Positions 25,138-35,691 of a DNA stretch of 54,743 nt are shown piece after piece. This DNA is from a virus (taxonomy: Duplodnaviria; Caudoviricetes), in the IMG/VR virus record IMGVR_UViG_3300032401_000014, positions 1-54,743 of that record. One strand, 5' to 3'. Made by a program: the position numbers and the translations under genes. Within the stretch, counting starts at the first letter, position 1, and every line of letters begins with the position of its first letter. Below the pieces are notes generated by a model that was not told the DNA's origin, searched no databases, and was given only the letters and a program-made list of their open reading frames with translations.

Positions 25138-25940
25138 TTTGACGTATTGACCTGAGCACGCCAGACCTTCCCGCACTTCGGGCACTCTTTCTCAACTGAA
25201 GTATCCAGTCCAAATTGATTGATCGAATCGGAGAGAACCTTCAGGTCTTTTTTTATAGATCGAATGTTTCCGAAAATATACATGCCATAAGCATCTCGAT
25301 ACCGAGAATCAATCGGCTGACCATTCACTGCGATGAGACACTCGACATAAATGGCAAGCTGAAGCCGTATCCGATCTGATGACGTTTTGCCCTCGGCCGC
25401 TATACACTTCTCAAGCGTAGGAGCTTCGATCGTCAGGCTCTTCACTTCTTCGATGACTTCATTCGTCACCTTGTCCTGAATGAGAACAGGAGTCGCAAGA
25501 TCGACTGTGATCGGGCCTTGTTCATCATCGCTGTATTTCACTGTCAGCTTCGAGATGTGATCTCTCGTGTCGATGATAACCCCGTCCCTATCGCTATACT
25601 CGGCAATAACATCATGGCCGCACCGGGGACAGGGATACATTCCTTCAATGCCGTCATCACCATCATTATGCTTTAATACAGCCTGGAGAGCCAAATATTC
25701 GACCGTCTTGAAAGGCAATTTCGGGATGATTGATTTTATCGAGATCGGGTCAGTGATCGACTGTCCGTCCGATGTTTTGAACTCATCGACACAACTATTG
25801 CAGAACGCCCTGAGCGACTGGAAAAAACTTCCGCTCTTCGCCATCTTCTGTGTCTCTATGGCGGCATTAACTGTCGGCTCAGAAACTTCAGCCTCGGTGT
25901 ATAGAACATCCTTAATTCTTTTCGGAAGTGGCAATCTCAT
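25107..25940 (-). CDS. Tail/baseplate assembly chaperone with Zn motifs
   Basis: CPRC, CPKC...NFF; between tube and tape measure. Confidence 0.75.
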   Translation of the reverse strand: MRLPLPKRIKDVLYTEAEVSEPTVNAAIETQKMAKSGSFFQSLRAFCNSCVDEFKTSDGQSITDPISIKSIIPKLPFKTVEYLALQAVLKHNDGDDGIEGMYPCPRCGHDVIAEYSDRDGVIIDTRDHISKLTVKYSDDEQGPITVDLATPVLIQDKVTNEVIEEVKSLTIEAPTLEKCIAAEGKTSSDRIRLQLAIYVECLIAVNGQPIDSRYRDAYGMYIFGNIRSIKKDLKVLSDSINQFGLDTSVEKECPKCGKVWRAQVNTSNFFASAPLSF

Positions 25941-25949
25941 GGCTCCTCC

Positions 25950-26360
25950 TTACAGCGAAATAATGTCCCAGGGTGCGACCTGAATCGTCACGACCATAAG
26001 CTCAGGATTCTCAGCTCGATATGGTGAATCAACCTTGTCGATACACTCGCACTGCGGCCAGAGCCGACGCTGTATCTCGTTGTCGTACTGATCGACCCTG
26101 ACCTCTGTGCAATCCTTACATTGCTCGGTGAAGAAGAATGTCTCGAAAAACTTCATGGTCGATGTTCCCTTTTCAACCTTGTACTTGAGTTCCAGAACCG
26201 GAATCTCGATGATGTTAGACGAGATCGTCCGCAGACGCTTAAATCCGGGAACCTTGATCGTCGCCTTTGTGAGCTTCATTTCCTGAACGTCTATCAGACC
26301 GGGCACTTCTTCACCGTCCCAGAATATACGTTTCTTTTCAGCAGAACTTGACTTTTGCAT
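25950..26360 (-). CDS. Tail tube protein
   Basis: 136 aa immediately after the sheath. Confidence 0.75.
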   Translation of the reverse strand: MQKSSSAEKKRIFWDGEEVPGLIDVQEMKLTKATIKVPGFKRLRTISSNIIEIPVLELKYKVEKGTSTMKFFETFFFTEQCKDCTEVRVDQYDNEIQRRLWPQCECIDKVDSPYRAENPELMVVTIQVAPWDIISL

Positions 26361-26372
26361 TTGTTATCCCCC

Positions 26373-28196
26373 TTATGATCTCAGCATCAGGCCAACGCCG
26401 ATTTTAATACTGCCCGCCGGAGCAGGAAACGTAAACCAGCAATCCTCGTTCCGGTTGCCGGAATCGACCGATGCTTGCGGATTGTTTATAAGATCAGCCC
26501 TGACAAAAAAGTGATCTGTCGGCTGTGTGTATGTCCCGTCGTCGTTGATAGACTGCCCGAAAGTTTCCCCTGCGGCCACGCTTCCCGTCGAGCCAGCTTC
26601 CCAGAGGCGATAAAAGAAATTCCAGATCGCCGATGCAGAGTTCTTTATCCTCGCCCAGTTATTCGGCTCGTTGTGCGTTCCAAGCAACGAATTGACGATC
26701 GAGATTTTGATATAATCTCGCATCAGGATACCGTTCCCGAACATGAACTCTTTCGTGACCGACGGTGTGAACCATGACTTCACTATGTACCCGTCCCCGG
26801 TCTGGAAGATCGTCGTGTTGATGCCAGCTTCGGCGAGATCAGTGCGATCTTCAGCGGATGAGAACTGAGTCCCGACGACCCCCTGTATTCCAAAAATCGG
26901 AGTGTTCACCGTGGCTGGAACCCAGTGGATTCCGTATGTCCCGATACAGCGAATCCATGCTCCCATCGTGTGACCAACGCTCGGTATCGTCCGCAACGGA
27001 GCCAGCGGGGAAGTAGTGAACGGGTCTGGAACCTGATACCATTTTTCCTGTATCACGCCCAGCACGTCATCTGCTCTCTGGTAGTTGTTCCCGATCGTGA
27101 TGAGTTGTGTCTTGCTCTGATTTGACGGCACATTGTAGATGATCTTCGGCTCGTCCCATCTGCCCCTTGAATAAACTTCGAGAGCCAACTGCGTCGCAGT
27201 GTCGGTCGTTTCGCAGTTCGTTAGAAACCTGATCGGCAAAGAGTCGAACGTGGCATTGTTGATGCCCCAGTGGGCTGAAGTCGTCGGGGCCGTCCCGTCC
27301 GCTCCGCTGGTGAGGTACACTGCCGTTGAAACTGCGACAGGCTGATCGAGACCAACACCCGACCCTGAATTTAGATTCGTGACCTGTGCCCATTTTGAGT
27401 TCATGAACACGTTCACGACATAGAAGTCTGTGACTTCAGGGGCCATCGTGCAATATATTTTTCCGAGATCGGTGTCCACTTCGGCGAGAACTCCGAGAAG
27501 AGATTTCCTCCAGAGATGAAGCTGGAATCCCATAATCCCGGCAAAGTCTCCGACCTTCGCATAGCTGGAAGCATGAATCGCTCCTGAGAAATAGAGCCTC
27601 CCGGTCGATGCGTCTATTGACGTTATCTTTTTATATACGGTGACGGCAGAGCCTCCGGTGATGTTCATTTTTAGCTCATCCCCGATCTTCGCTCCGGCGA
27701 CGCTGTAAACCGCAATCCAGTTGTCCGTAGCCGAACCCTGAAAAGAGCATGTCGTCGAGAATCTGAAGCCAGGAACGATCGTGTATGCCGTATTATTCCC
27801 CCACGCTGAAAACTCAGGGATGTTCATGTATGCAGAGTCGAGTCTGATCGTCGGATTTGACGCATCCAGAATCAACGTCCCTGATGTTGCCTGCACTCCA
27901 TCGTACGCCGAGCCTGTATAGCCGACATGCGACTTGACATAGAGCTTCGCATCAACGCCTCTCGTGTTGTCGAAAAATCCTTTTGCACAATCCCAGCCGT
28001 AAAAGGTAGGCGTGACCTGCACATCGAAAATATCTGCCATCTCCTCCGTGTTTCTGCATTGAAAGGGAACTTTATATCTTCTCTGAAACAGCCCGATGAG
28101 TCCTCCGATCAGCATGTCAGAAGGATTTACTGAAACCGTTTTTTTTGTCGGCAGAGAAGTCCCATATACGTCTTGAGTCCTTAGTCGATTTCCCAT
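26373..28196 (-). CDS. Tail sheath protein
   Basis: GFFDN, LTSGADG, IPSVGH..G, AGINT, EPN, F.VRAD..NNP. Confidence 0.9.
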   Translation of the reverse strand: MGNRLRTQDVYGTSLPTKKTVSVNPSDMLIGGLIGLFQRRYKVPFQCRNTEEMADIFDVQVTPTFYGWDCAKGFFDNTRGVDAKLYVKSHVGYTGSAYDGVQATSGTLILDASNPTIRLDSAYMNIPEFSAWGNNTAYTIVPGFRFSTTCSFQGSATDNWIAVYSVAGAKIGDELKMNITGGSAVTVYKKITSIDASTGRLYFSGAIHASSYAKVGDFAGIMGFQLHLWRKSLLGVLAEVDTDLGKIYCTMAPEVTDFYVVNVFMNSKWAQVTNLNSGSGVGLDQPVAVSTAVYLTSGADGTAPTTSAHWGINNATFDSLPIRFLTNCETTDTATQLALEVYSRGRWDEPKIIYNVPSNQSKTQLITIGNNYQRADDVLGVIQEKWYQVPDPFTTSPLAPLRTIPSVGHTMGAWIRCIGTYGIHWVPATVNTPIFGIQGVVGTQFSSAEDRTDLAEAGINTTIFQTGDGYIVKSWFTPSVTKEFMFGNGILMRDYIKISIVNSLLGTHNEPNNWARIKNSASAIWNFFYRLWEAGSTGSVAAGETFGQSINDDGTYTQPTDHFFVRADLINNPQASVDSGNRNEDCWFTFPAPAGSIKIGVGLMLRS

Positions 28197-28200
28197 AGCT

Positions 28201-28455
28201 TTACTCCTTTATGTAGAACAATGATTTTATTTCATCGGTAAAGTCAGGATGGCTCAAGTCCTCTGCCGGGAAGGGAACCGGAGTATTGCCCACACACCGA
28301 TAAATTTTACGATTGACATGAAGCTCGAATGTTCTATTTTCTTTGAAATAGAGCATTACCAGTGCCCCATCCTCGTAGGGCTTCTCTTGTTTCCCCACTA
28401 AGTTCTCGGCACTTTCCTCAGATGGATATTTTTCTTTTGGCATAATGACCCTCAC
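28201..28455 (-). CDS. Hypothetical (sheath-terminator position)
   Basis: ORF track; position. Confidence 0.6.
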   Translation of the reverse strand: MRVIMPKEKYPSEESAENLVGKQEKPYEDGALVMLYFKENRTFELHVNRKIYRCVGNTPVPFPAEDLSHPDFTDEIKSLFYIKE

Positions 28456-29642
28456 TGTATTGTTATATTCATTGTCGTGGTTTCAGTCACGAGTTTTGGA
28501 ACCCTCTGCTTCGCCCACACGTTCTCTTTTATTTCAACCGTGATCGGATATTGAATCTTCGGTAAATTGTTTGATATATCAGCCGGCTCGATAAATGTCG
28601 GCAATCCTCCGAAATACATACAACATCGTTTTCCATTTATCCAGAGCGTTTTTTGTGCTATCATCATTCTGGCTATTTCAGACATTACCGCCACCAGCTC
28701 CATCGAGTCATTCTCGCAGTCGATAAGAAGTGAATACTTGAACCACTGCCCGGTGCGAGACACTGCCACCGAGCCGTCAGGCTTCCATGAGTCAAAATCA
28801 TCCTGAACATCACTTTCGATCGGTGTCTGTTCCGGCGTGAATCCCCAGATCGTGATTGACGGCAGTATGATTTCAGTCTGAAGTTTTCCATACCCCACGT
28901 CGATTGCCAGATACACCCACGTTCCAGTATCGAAAGAATTTTTCAACGTCACGCTGTCAAAGTATGTGCTGAAATAAACTGTCTTGCCCGATTTCTTGTT
29001 GATATGATGATACTCGCTATTGTTCCCGTCAGTTATGAGAATCTTCGAGTATCGTTGAATCCACGCAGGGTCTTGAATGAAAGTTATGCAATCTTCGCTC
29101 GAAACGCCCGGCTGAATCTGTCCTGCTGGATATGCCAGACGATACGTAGCCGCAATATAGTTTTCCAGTTTCGTCTTGATCGCATTGTAAATATCAAGCG
29201 GCATCTCGTCGTGTGAAGCCACCAGGAACGAGACAACCAGATAGTCCTCGCTGGAAGTCAGGGCCTCGATGTGAATACTGTCGATCGTTCCAAAATCTGC
29301 GATGTCGAACGATACGTCGGTGAACTCTGAAAAAACAGGGAGCAGATATTCTTTTCCCGTGGCCCCGAACTTTATCTTATATGCAAAATCAGTATAATTT
29401 CGATAATCGTCGTTGCCTTTCATTCGTGACCAGACATGCAGTGTCAGCATATCGTACGCAGACACGTCAATAGCCGTGAATATTTTCTCGACATAGCTCC
29501 CAGTCCCCTCAAATTTAAACATGAGAGAGCCTGCGAGGTCTCCGGCAATACACTCAGAGATGGCATTGACTCCATAGATAGAAGCCCCGCCAGCCGCCGT
29601 CCAGCCTGTCACTGCGTCCAGATTGTCGATGACAATGTTCAT
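28452..29642 (-). CDS. Tail terminator-like protein with extra N-terminal domains
   Basis: Upstream of the sheath; LPSITIW...Y..LIDC. Confidence 0.55.
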   Translation of the reverse strand: MNIVIDNLDAVTGWTAAGGASIYGVNAISECIAGDLAGSLMFKFEGTGSYVEKIFTAIDVSAYDMLTLHVWSRMKGNDDYRNYTDFAYKIKFGATGKEYLLPVFSEFTDVSFDIADFGTIDSIHIEALTSSEDYLVVSFLVASHDEMPLDIYNAIKTKLENYIAATYRLAYPAGQIQPGVSSEDCITFIQDPAWIQRYSKILITDGNNSEYHHINKKSGKTVYFSTYFDSVTLKNSFDTGTWVYLAIDVGYGKLQTEIILPSITIWGFTPEQTPIESDVQDDFDSWKPDGSVAVSRTGQWFKYSLLIDCENDSMELVAVMSEIARMMIAQKTLWINGKRCCMYFGGLPTFIEPADISNNLPKIQYPITVEIKENVWAKQRVPKLVTETTTMNITIQ

Positions 29643-30289
29643 TCGATCAGGTCTCCATATTCAGATTGGTACGTTCTCATCAGCGACTCGAACCACTCGC
29701 TCCGGCCATACTTGATATAGGTTGCGATTTCTTTCTTGATCTTCGCCGCATCGTTTCTGTTTTTTATCGTTCTCTCGATCTTGTCGCAGGCCATTTTGAA
29801 CGCTGGCCTGGGCGGTATGCGTATGACAGTCGTGTCGGCTTTCAGGTGAAGTCCCGCTCGGTGTAAAAATTTCCTCATCTTCGCTGTCACCTTGATCGTA
29901 ATTCCGGCCTCATGAATATTGAGAAGATGTCTCAGCGTAAGATTCGATTTATGATGACGGCCCAGAGAACCGAAAACCTTCCAGCCATTGTGTATCTTTC
30001 GCATCCTTAGCATGTTGACGTATGCCTTGAGCTTCGCATCGTCGCCTTTGCCGTATAGCGGTGTCTCCGGGAGCTTGTACCCAAATCCTTCTTTCCGTTC
30101 CACGGTGAACGGATGCAGTCTCAGGAGACTGAACTTCTCATTTTTTATCCCTGAATGAAAATACGAAATGAGCAGTGCGGCATCCTTCTTTCTGAGCCCG
30201 TACATGATATTATTCATCATCGTGGGAAGCTCTTGAATCCTTCGCTTCTTCGCACGATATGAATTGTTAAATCGCACTTGTGCACTCAT
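29639..30289 (-). CDS. Neck / tail completion (virion morphogenesis) protein
   Basis: IHEAG...IRIPPRP; basic. Confidence 0.75.
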   Translation of the reverse strand: MSAQVRFNNSYRAKKRRIQELPTMMNNIMYGLRKKDAALLISYFHSGIKNEKFSLLRLHPFTVERKEGFGYKLPETPLYGKGDDAKLKAYVNMLRMRKIHNGWKVFGSLGRHHKSNLTLRHLLNIHEAGITIKVTAKMRKFLHRAGLHLKADTTVIRIPPRPAFKMACDKIERTIKNRNDAAKIKKEIATYIKYGRSEWFESLMRTYQSEYGDLIE

Positions 30290-30738
30290 GGTTTTTTGAA
30301 TAATCCCATCGTGAAATATAAATGTTCGTCTGCAAAATCCACGGCCTTATTTTTCTCTCGTATTCCGTAATCGTTCCCATCCAGGACGACCGTTACTTTT
30401 TCATTCTCTATTTTATCAAAATCAAGTTTTCGATCAAGAAGGTCTTTCATAGCGAACCAGACTATCGACTGGCAGTCCTCTCGAATCCCCGCTTTCTCCA
30501 TCTGCTGTCGATTCGGGTTATGGTCAACGGGCTTCGCCTTCAGATTGTACGTGAGATCAACAGAAGTCGATTGCTTCGTGATCGAATTATATTTGTCTCT
30601 GGTCACGTCGCCCTCGCCTCTGATAATAATGGTCACGTCCTCGCCATACTCATTCACGATGTCGCTTACATCCTTCAGTGCGTGCCACTTTTCAAAATTG
30701 ACTCTTGTTGATACTGCCATGTTACGCCCCTGCCACAC
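30286..30738 (-). CDS. Head closure (stopper) protein
   Basis: Position and size; G..V.II...RDKYN. Confidence 0.6.
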   Translation of the reverse strand: MWQGRNMAVSTRVNFEKWHALKDVSDIVNEYGEDVTIIIRGEGDVTRDKYNSITKQSTSVDLTYNLKAKPVDHNPNRQQMEKAGIREDCQSIVWFAMKDLLDRKLDFDKIENEKVTVVLDGNDYGIREKNKAVDFADEHLYFTMGLFKKP

Positions 30739-31654
30739 GAGTCATATATTTTCTCAAAATTCCGTATGCCTGGCGAGCAAGATCGTTCCTGATCTCTGTG
30801 TACTTTCCCCGGTCTCCAAAATTTCTGCTGTATGCCTGACCTGAGATGTCGCCGCCGCCAGTCCTTGAGCCGATGAATCCGAGCACCTGTTCCGCCGAGA
30901 GCATGATGCAGGCTTCCTTGATGTCATCAGGAAACGTCAAGTATCCGTACGTGTACGTGATTTTAAGATTGAAGTTTCCTCTCGCAAAAATAGGCATGTA
31001 GTAGGCTTCTTCATAATTCGATTTCGCCTTCAGTATCCCCAGGGCCGAAATGGTCTCGATGTTTCCCATGTTCACGACGGTAAAATAGTTGCCGCCGAGC
31101 ACGTATTGAATCGACTGCACGGCAACGATCGGCCTGCGATTTAATATCAGGTAGTTTTGTCCTGCCCCTGAATAATATTCCGTTATGGAGCTAATACCTG
31201 AAAATGTTTGTCTGGTGACAGATTCAACATACGGGACAATGAATCTCGCCAGTCGTTTCTCAATCCAATCATTCGAGATTATATCAGTTTCAATGCCGTA
31301 TCCCTCAAGATATTCTCGCACGTCGGAAGGGATGACTTCTGCGATCTCTGGAGCCTGATTATCAAGCACGTAGAATTGAAGCGGCTCCCGCCGTCCGGTG
31401 AACGTCCCGTCATTTATCCACGGCTGAAGGCTATATTCACCGATCTGCGAGAAGTCCCCAGCCTGTGAGAGCCATTTTAGTTTCGTGCCGACGATCGTGA
31501 CGTTTGTTTTCTCGACCTCAGTTCCATCGGGTTTTAATAGATACATCTTGTACGCAATGAGCCCGGCGAGACTGGTATCAAAGTCAGCGAAAAATTCCTG
31601 ACCGACTGAATCCTTCCATATTTTTCTTGTTAAAAGCATCAGTCTGCTCTCCAT
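30722..31654 (-). CDS. Head-tail adaptor with N-terminal Ig/BppU-like domain
   Basis: PSDVREYL...ITYTYGY..P.DIKEAC; N-terminal KPDGT...GDF.Q.GEY. Confidence 0.75.
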   Translation of the reverse strand: MESRLMLLTRKIWKDSVGQEFFADFDTSLAGLIAYKMYLLKPDGTEVEKTNVTIVGTKLKWLSQAGDFSQIGEYSLQPWINDGTFTGRREPLQFYVLDNQAPEIAEVIPSDVREYLEGYGIETDIISNDWIEKRLARFIVPYVESVTRQTFSGISSITEYYSGAGQNYLILNRRPIVAVQSIQYVLGGNYFTVVNMGNIETISALGILKAKSNYEEAYYMPIFARGNFNLKITYTYGYLTFPDDIKEACIMLSAEQVLGFIGSRTGGGDISGQAYSRNFGDRGKYTEIRNDLARQAYGILRKYMTRVAGA

Positions 31655-32109
31655 GTAATGTCTTTAGAAAGGTCGGGCCGCCACTTGAGCTGTGAATCGC
31701 TCTCACTCGCTTCCATCGCTTCTGCTGGAGTCGTGCCCCACCTGAACAGCGACGACATAAAGTCGCTGAATCGAATATCTCCGGCTAAAAATGATCGCCA
31801 GAGAATTGCAGGATATATGGTCGGCTTGAGTGCTGTGAATACGCTTGTCAGTCCGATAGTATTAAGAACCGTCCTTACGAAAGTAGCGGAGCGTGAAACA
31901 ACGTCTGTCATTCCAATAATATTGTTGATCGTTCTATAAAACGTTCCTGTTCTCGTAAGGGCGGTCGTCAATCCTATCGTGGCCGAAACCGACCTCGAAT
32001 AAATTCCGGTACGAATCACAACGTCAGAGAGACCGAGCGTATCTAAAATTAAGATCGACCATGCTGTCGGCCCTGCTGAATCAAAACTGTCGAATAAAAT
32101 CCTGCTCAT
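31639..32109 (-). CDS. Thr-rich repeat virion protein
   Basis: About 4 x 20-aa TIGLT....RTGTF.RT repeats. Confidence 0.65.
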   Translation of the reverse strand: MSRILFDSFDSAGPTAWSILILDTLGLSDVVIRTGIYSRSVSATIGLTTALTRTGTFYRTINNIIGMTDVVSRSATFVRTVLNTIGLTSVFTALKPTIYPAILWRSFLAGDIRFSDFMSSLFRWGTTPAEAMEASESDSQLKWRPDLSKDITWRAD

Positions 32110-32651
32110 CAGAATACCAGTAAAATAAAATTGTCTGCCGCACTCGGTGTCCCGGTAAAAGCCGCCGAGACTGTTATGAACTTCGTGGCCCCGGTGTACG
32201 CTGATACCTTCTTGACCTGATTTATCAAGCCCCCACTCGTGAATAAAAGCAATGCGTCCTTGTGATAATCGTTCGTTGCTTCTGATAGATCGGTCTTAAA
32301 TGTCGTCGCCGTGTTTCCCCCGTCACTGACGACTGACCCTCGCTTTAAAACTATATTCTCAATCACGAATCGACCGACGACTGATTTCGATGCTGTCCCG
32401 CCGACCGTGGCTGAAGCTATCACGTTATAACTCTTGCCGACCTCGAATCCGTTCGCCGCAGTGCACGCCACGGGAACCCTGTAATCCCCTGTCTTTCCTG
32501 TCCTCTTCGTTACCGTCAATGAATAGACGGTCGTGTCTGTATCATCCTCGAACACTTCCGCAGTAGGCAGTGAATCAGCATCGCTCACAACGCCAACAAC
32601 CGTATTCGTGATGAAGTCAAAATAAAGAGTTCTTCCGAGCAGAGCGTTCAT
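32109..32651 (-). CDS. Virion decoration/fibre protein
   Basis: Beta-rich; ADSLPT; TSG.L..Q...V.AY. Confidence 0.6.
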   Translation of the reverse strand: MNALLGRTLYFDFITNTVVGVVSDADSLPTAEVFEDDTDTTVYSLTVTKRTGKTGDYRVPVACTAANGFEVGKSYNVIASATVGGTASKSVVGRFVIENIVLKRGSVVSDGGNTATTFKTDLSEATNDYHKDALLLFTSGGLINQVKKVSAYTGATKFITVSAAFTGTPSAADNFILLVF

Positions 32652-33625
32652 GCCGACCTCACCAGCCCCGAATTTATGACCGGGAGCCCGACCGAACCGC
32701 CTGCCAGCGTGGTCACATCATACAGGTATATATTGACTGACGTATCCGATGCTTGAAGTGAGTTATCGCTTATCCCTCCGACATCGGGAGATGAATTTTG
32801 AAAAGCCACGAGCTGATACCTCTGGAAACTGCCGGATTGATGCACCGATATTGTGAAATTTCCGCTTCCATCAGAAACAGTGCGAGCGATAATTGTATTG
32901 ACCGGAGTACCGGAATCATCGACCTGCATAGCGACAACTGTGCACCCTCCGAGAGCCGCACCGTTCTTGTCTTTCGTTATTCCGCTTATGAGAAACGTCT
33001 GTGTGCTCTCGGTGAAATATTCAAGAACCGTGTGCATCTGAAAGTCAGAAGGTAGAGTCACTGCCGTTGTTCGTTTCGAAAGACCGCTTCTGTAAATAGC
33101 TCCTCTCGGTATCGTTACTGTGATGTCGCCGAGTTCTTCTGTTTCAAAAAGAACAAGCTGATTTGTCGCTTCCGACGCTCCGAGAATCTGAAAATCTGCC
33201 AATAGTGCTCCTGTCGAATCCGTTTCATCTGTTGACTTGAGCCACTTCCGAGTCGGCTCTACATACGGTGCGAGCGGGTCAGGCGGAGTCCCTCCGATGT
33301 CCAGCATTTCTATTCTGCCGCCCGCCTGTCGCATGGGCCCAACCAGTCTCGGTCTTATCCCGTACCAATCAGATTGCCCGATAATCGCTCTGGGAACAGG
33401 AAACCCTTTCATTTTGTAATCTCCTATTACATCTCCCTGAATAAGCGGTATCAAAGCAGGACACTCAAATTTTTCGTCTGCGGCTTTTCCAAGAGCAAAC
33501 CTCCAGTCCATAGCACATGAATCTCCGATAATTTCGCCTTGAAGCACCACGTCAGTCGGGTCTTGCAAGCAAGGTAGTATTACAATCATCCCTTCAACTT
33601 CCTTTGCTGAATTGTTGCCATACAT
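32648..33625 (-). CDS. Protein with C-terminal Ig/prealbumin-like domain
   Basis: ISGITKDKNGAALGGCTV...TVSDGSGNF; start uncertain. Confidence 0.6.
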   Translation of the reverse strand: MYGNNSAKEVEGMIVILPCLQDPTDVVLQGEIIGDSCAMDWRFALGKAADEKFECPALIPLIQGDVIGDYKMKGFPVPRAIIGQSDWYGIRPRLVGPMRQAGGRIEMLDIGGTPPDPLAPYVEPTRKWLKSTDETDSTGALLADFQILGASEATNQLVLFETEELGDITVTIPRGAIYRSGLSKRTTAVTLPSDFQMHTVLEYFTESTQTFLISGITKDKNGAALGGCTVVAMQVDDSGTPVNTIIARTVSDGSGNFTISVHQSGSFQRYQLVAFQNSSPDVGGISDNSLQASDTSVNIYLYDVTTLAGGSVGLPVINSGLVRSA

Positions 33626-33786
33626 AAATCAACGGTATTCTCAAGCTCGTCGCCCACGGGCGGGTCTGGAGGAAATGGAGAATTTCCAGCGTCGAGCCAC
33701 GCTAAAAAATCGGGGTCATCTGTTTCAATGACTTCTCCGTCCTCCGACCTGACTACCACATCAGGAGAAAACATTTTGTAATCCAT
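33586..33786 (-). CDS. Small fibre-chaperone-like protein
   Basis: DFLAWLDAGNSP.PPDP motif. Confidence 0.6.
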   Translation of the reverse strand: MDYKMFSPDVVVRSEDGEVIETDDPDFLAWLDAGNSPFPPDPPVGDELENTVDLCMATIQQRKLKG

Positions 33787-33820
33787 GATTCCCTCCTTAC
33801 CACAACCTATACAAATTAAA

Positions 33821-34372
33821 TTAGGGTGTGAGCTGTTCGATACAGAACATGTGCATCGTCATTGAACCCGTTGCCGCCGTCTGCGTGAAACGGAAATCCA
33901 TAGCGTTAGCCGCCGTTGAATCAAAACCAGTACCCACCACCGGAGCCGTATTGTACGGTAACGTATTACCGCCGGGGCCGGGGCCAGTCGCAGGAAGCGG
34001 AACGAGCAAGGCGGCTTCCGATAGCCAGTAACCTTGTCCGAATAAAGTAGCACTTGTGCTTGAACCGACTGAACGGCATTGCAAAACAATCTCCAGCCAC
34101 CACGGAACGTTTACTTTTGCCACGACGTTTAGAGGTATCGCCAGCGTATCGAATACTGTAATCGCCGCCATTCTCAAGTCCCAGCGAGCTGTTCCGGGTG
34201 TGGTGATAACGCACGAAATACGACCTGACGCAGTTATTCTCCACGTCCGTCCGATCTGCCAGTACCCTGCCGGGAGAGTGGTCGGAACATACGTCGGCAA
34301 ACATGATGCGGTCGCCGCCGCCGTCAAAGTTGGCCCGTCCGAATACGCGCTTGCAACAACTTGTACTGCCAT
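33821..34372 (-). CDS. Beta-rich virion protein
   Basis: ORF track; AAGGAG RBS. Confidence 0.65.
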   Translation of the reverse strand: MAVQVVASAYSDGPTLTAAATASCLPTYVPTTLPAGYWQIGRTWRITASGRISCVITTPGTARWDLRMAAITVFDTLAIPLNVVAKVNVPWWLEIVLQCRSVGSSTSATLFGQGYWLSEAALLVPLPATGPGPGGNTLPYNTAPVVGTGFDSTAANAMDFRFTQTAATGSMTMHMFCIEQLTP

Positions 34373-34394
34373 AAAATTTCTCCTTCAAATAAAA

Positions 34395-34949
34395 TTAAGC
34401 TCCGAGTGCCGTGAGCTCCCAGTCAACTTGCAACGAGTCCGTCGATGCCACGATCACGTTCGGTACTACCTGAGCATACGCAAGACAGTCGCCAGCTCCG
34501 TCAGTCGCCGCACTCGTGAGAGCCGCTTCGTTTATCGTTGCCGACAAGTCTCCTATCGCATAAAGAGCTCGATATTGAACCACGTTATCGTTCGCCGCAC
34601 CCCATGAACCCTTCTGCTTCGGATACGTCGCTGACAGTGCTTTTGGAGTTCCTGTAACTGCATTGACAAACGTGTTCGACTTGATGCTCGTTCCCGTATA
34701 GCCAGTTCCAACAGGAACAAATCCGTGAGTATTATCGAGCTTCTGCCGAGCTGGAGTCTGACTCATCAGGTCGGCAACCATCGCATCACCCTCGTCGGTC
34801 ACGATGTTGTGATTGACCGAAATCATCAGCTTGCCCGGAATCCTGAACAATCTTCTCCAGAATCCCGGAGCATGACGCTTGATGTTTCCGTTGCTGTCGA
34901 AAACAGTAACCGTCAGCTTTCCCGTTAATCCAACCGTACTTTTTATCAT
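34395..34949 (-). CDS. Virion structural protein (fibre-collar-like)
   Basis: HNIVTDEG, VGTG, INEAAL, DSLQVDW. Confidence 0.7.
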   Translation of the reverse strand: MIKSTVGLTGKLTVTVFDSNGNIKRHAPGFWRRLFRIPGKLMISVNHNIVTDEGDAMVADLMSQTPARQKLDNTHGFVPVGTGYTGTSIKSNTFVNAVTGTPKALSATYPKQKGSWGAANDNVVQYRALYAIGDLSATINEAALTSAATDGAGDCLAYAQVVPNVIVASTDSLQVDWELTALGA

Positions 34950-34952
34950 AGC

Positions 34953-35408
34953 TTATGACTTCTTGAACAGTATTGTTAAAAGCCCTCTGTCAGACGCACC
35001 GTTGCAAATGACGTTCAGCGTAGTTCCTGCCGCAAGTATCGAGTACGCATCGTCAATCGTACCCGCCCGAACCATCGTCTTGTCCACCGCCATAATCATA
35101 GCGTTAGTTATCGGGTTCGTTGTTCCGTTTCTGAGCGTCGCCGTTCCTGAGGCGTTAGCCGCACGACATTGGACAAACACGTCCAGAACTTCACACGCAA
35201 ACGGAACGGTGAGAATCGCCGTTGACGTGGTAGTGTCCGCCGCTATTGAGTAGTTGAATAAAATCAGCGGTGAGAAGCTGGTCGGGAGCGTTTCGTCCAT
35301 CCCTGTGCGTTGTTGAACTTCACGCATCAGATCGCCCATCGTAATGATCTGTTCCGCTGGGGATGCTGTATTGAATTTCGCCGCTTGATCTGTTGATAGT
35401 ATAGCCAT
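34953..35408 (-). CDS. Head decoration protein candidate
   Basis: Follows the capsid; Ala/Thr-rich beta protein. Confidence 0.6.
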   Translation of the reverse strand: MAILSTDQAAKFNTASPAEQIITMGDLMREVQQRTGMDETLPTSFSPLILFNYSIAADTTTSTAILTVPFACEVLDVFVQCRAANASGTATLRNGTTNPITNAMIMAVDKTMVRAGTIDDAYSILAAGTTLNVICNGASDRGLLTILFKKS

Positions 35409-35409
35409 A

Positions 35410-35691
35410 TCAAATCTCCTTTTCGTACATAAAAATAAATCCTTTCGACTTCAAAATATCACTCTCTCGCTCATCCGTTACCGTGATGACTCCATCCATG
35501 ATTTCATGGTCGGTTATCTTTCCTTCAAGCTCGATCTTATAAATGCCATTGTATCGTGAACCATTCAACGGAATCTCAGGATATAAGAGTCGATATTCTT
35601 TAGTCGGTTTTTTAATAACGGGGGGCGGCTGACTTACTACGACAACCGCCTCCTGTTTTACTTCTTCGTTGAAACGAATGACGTTTATCAC
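35410..35691 (-). CDS. Hypothetical head-associated protein
   Basis: ORF track. Confidence 0.65.
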   Translation of the reverse strand: MINVIRFNEEVKQEAVVVVSQPPPVIKKPTKEYRLLYPEIPLNGSRYNGIYKIELEGKITDHEIMDGVITVTDERESDILKSKGFIFMYEKEI

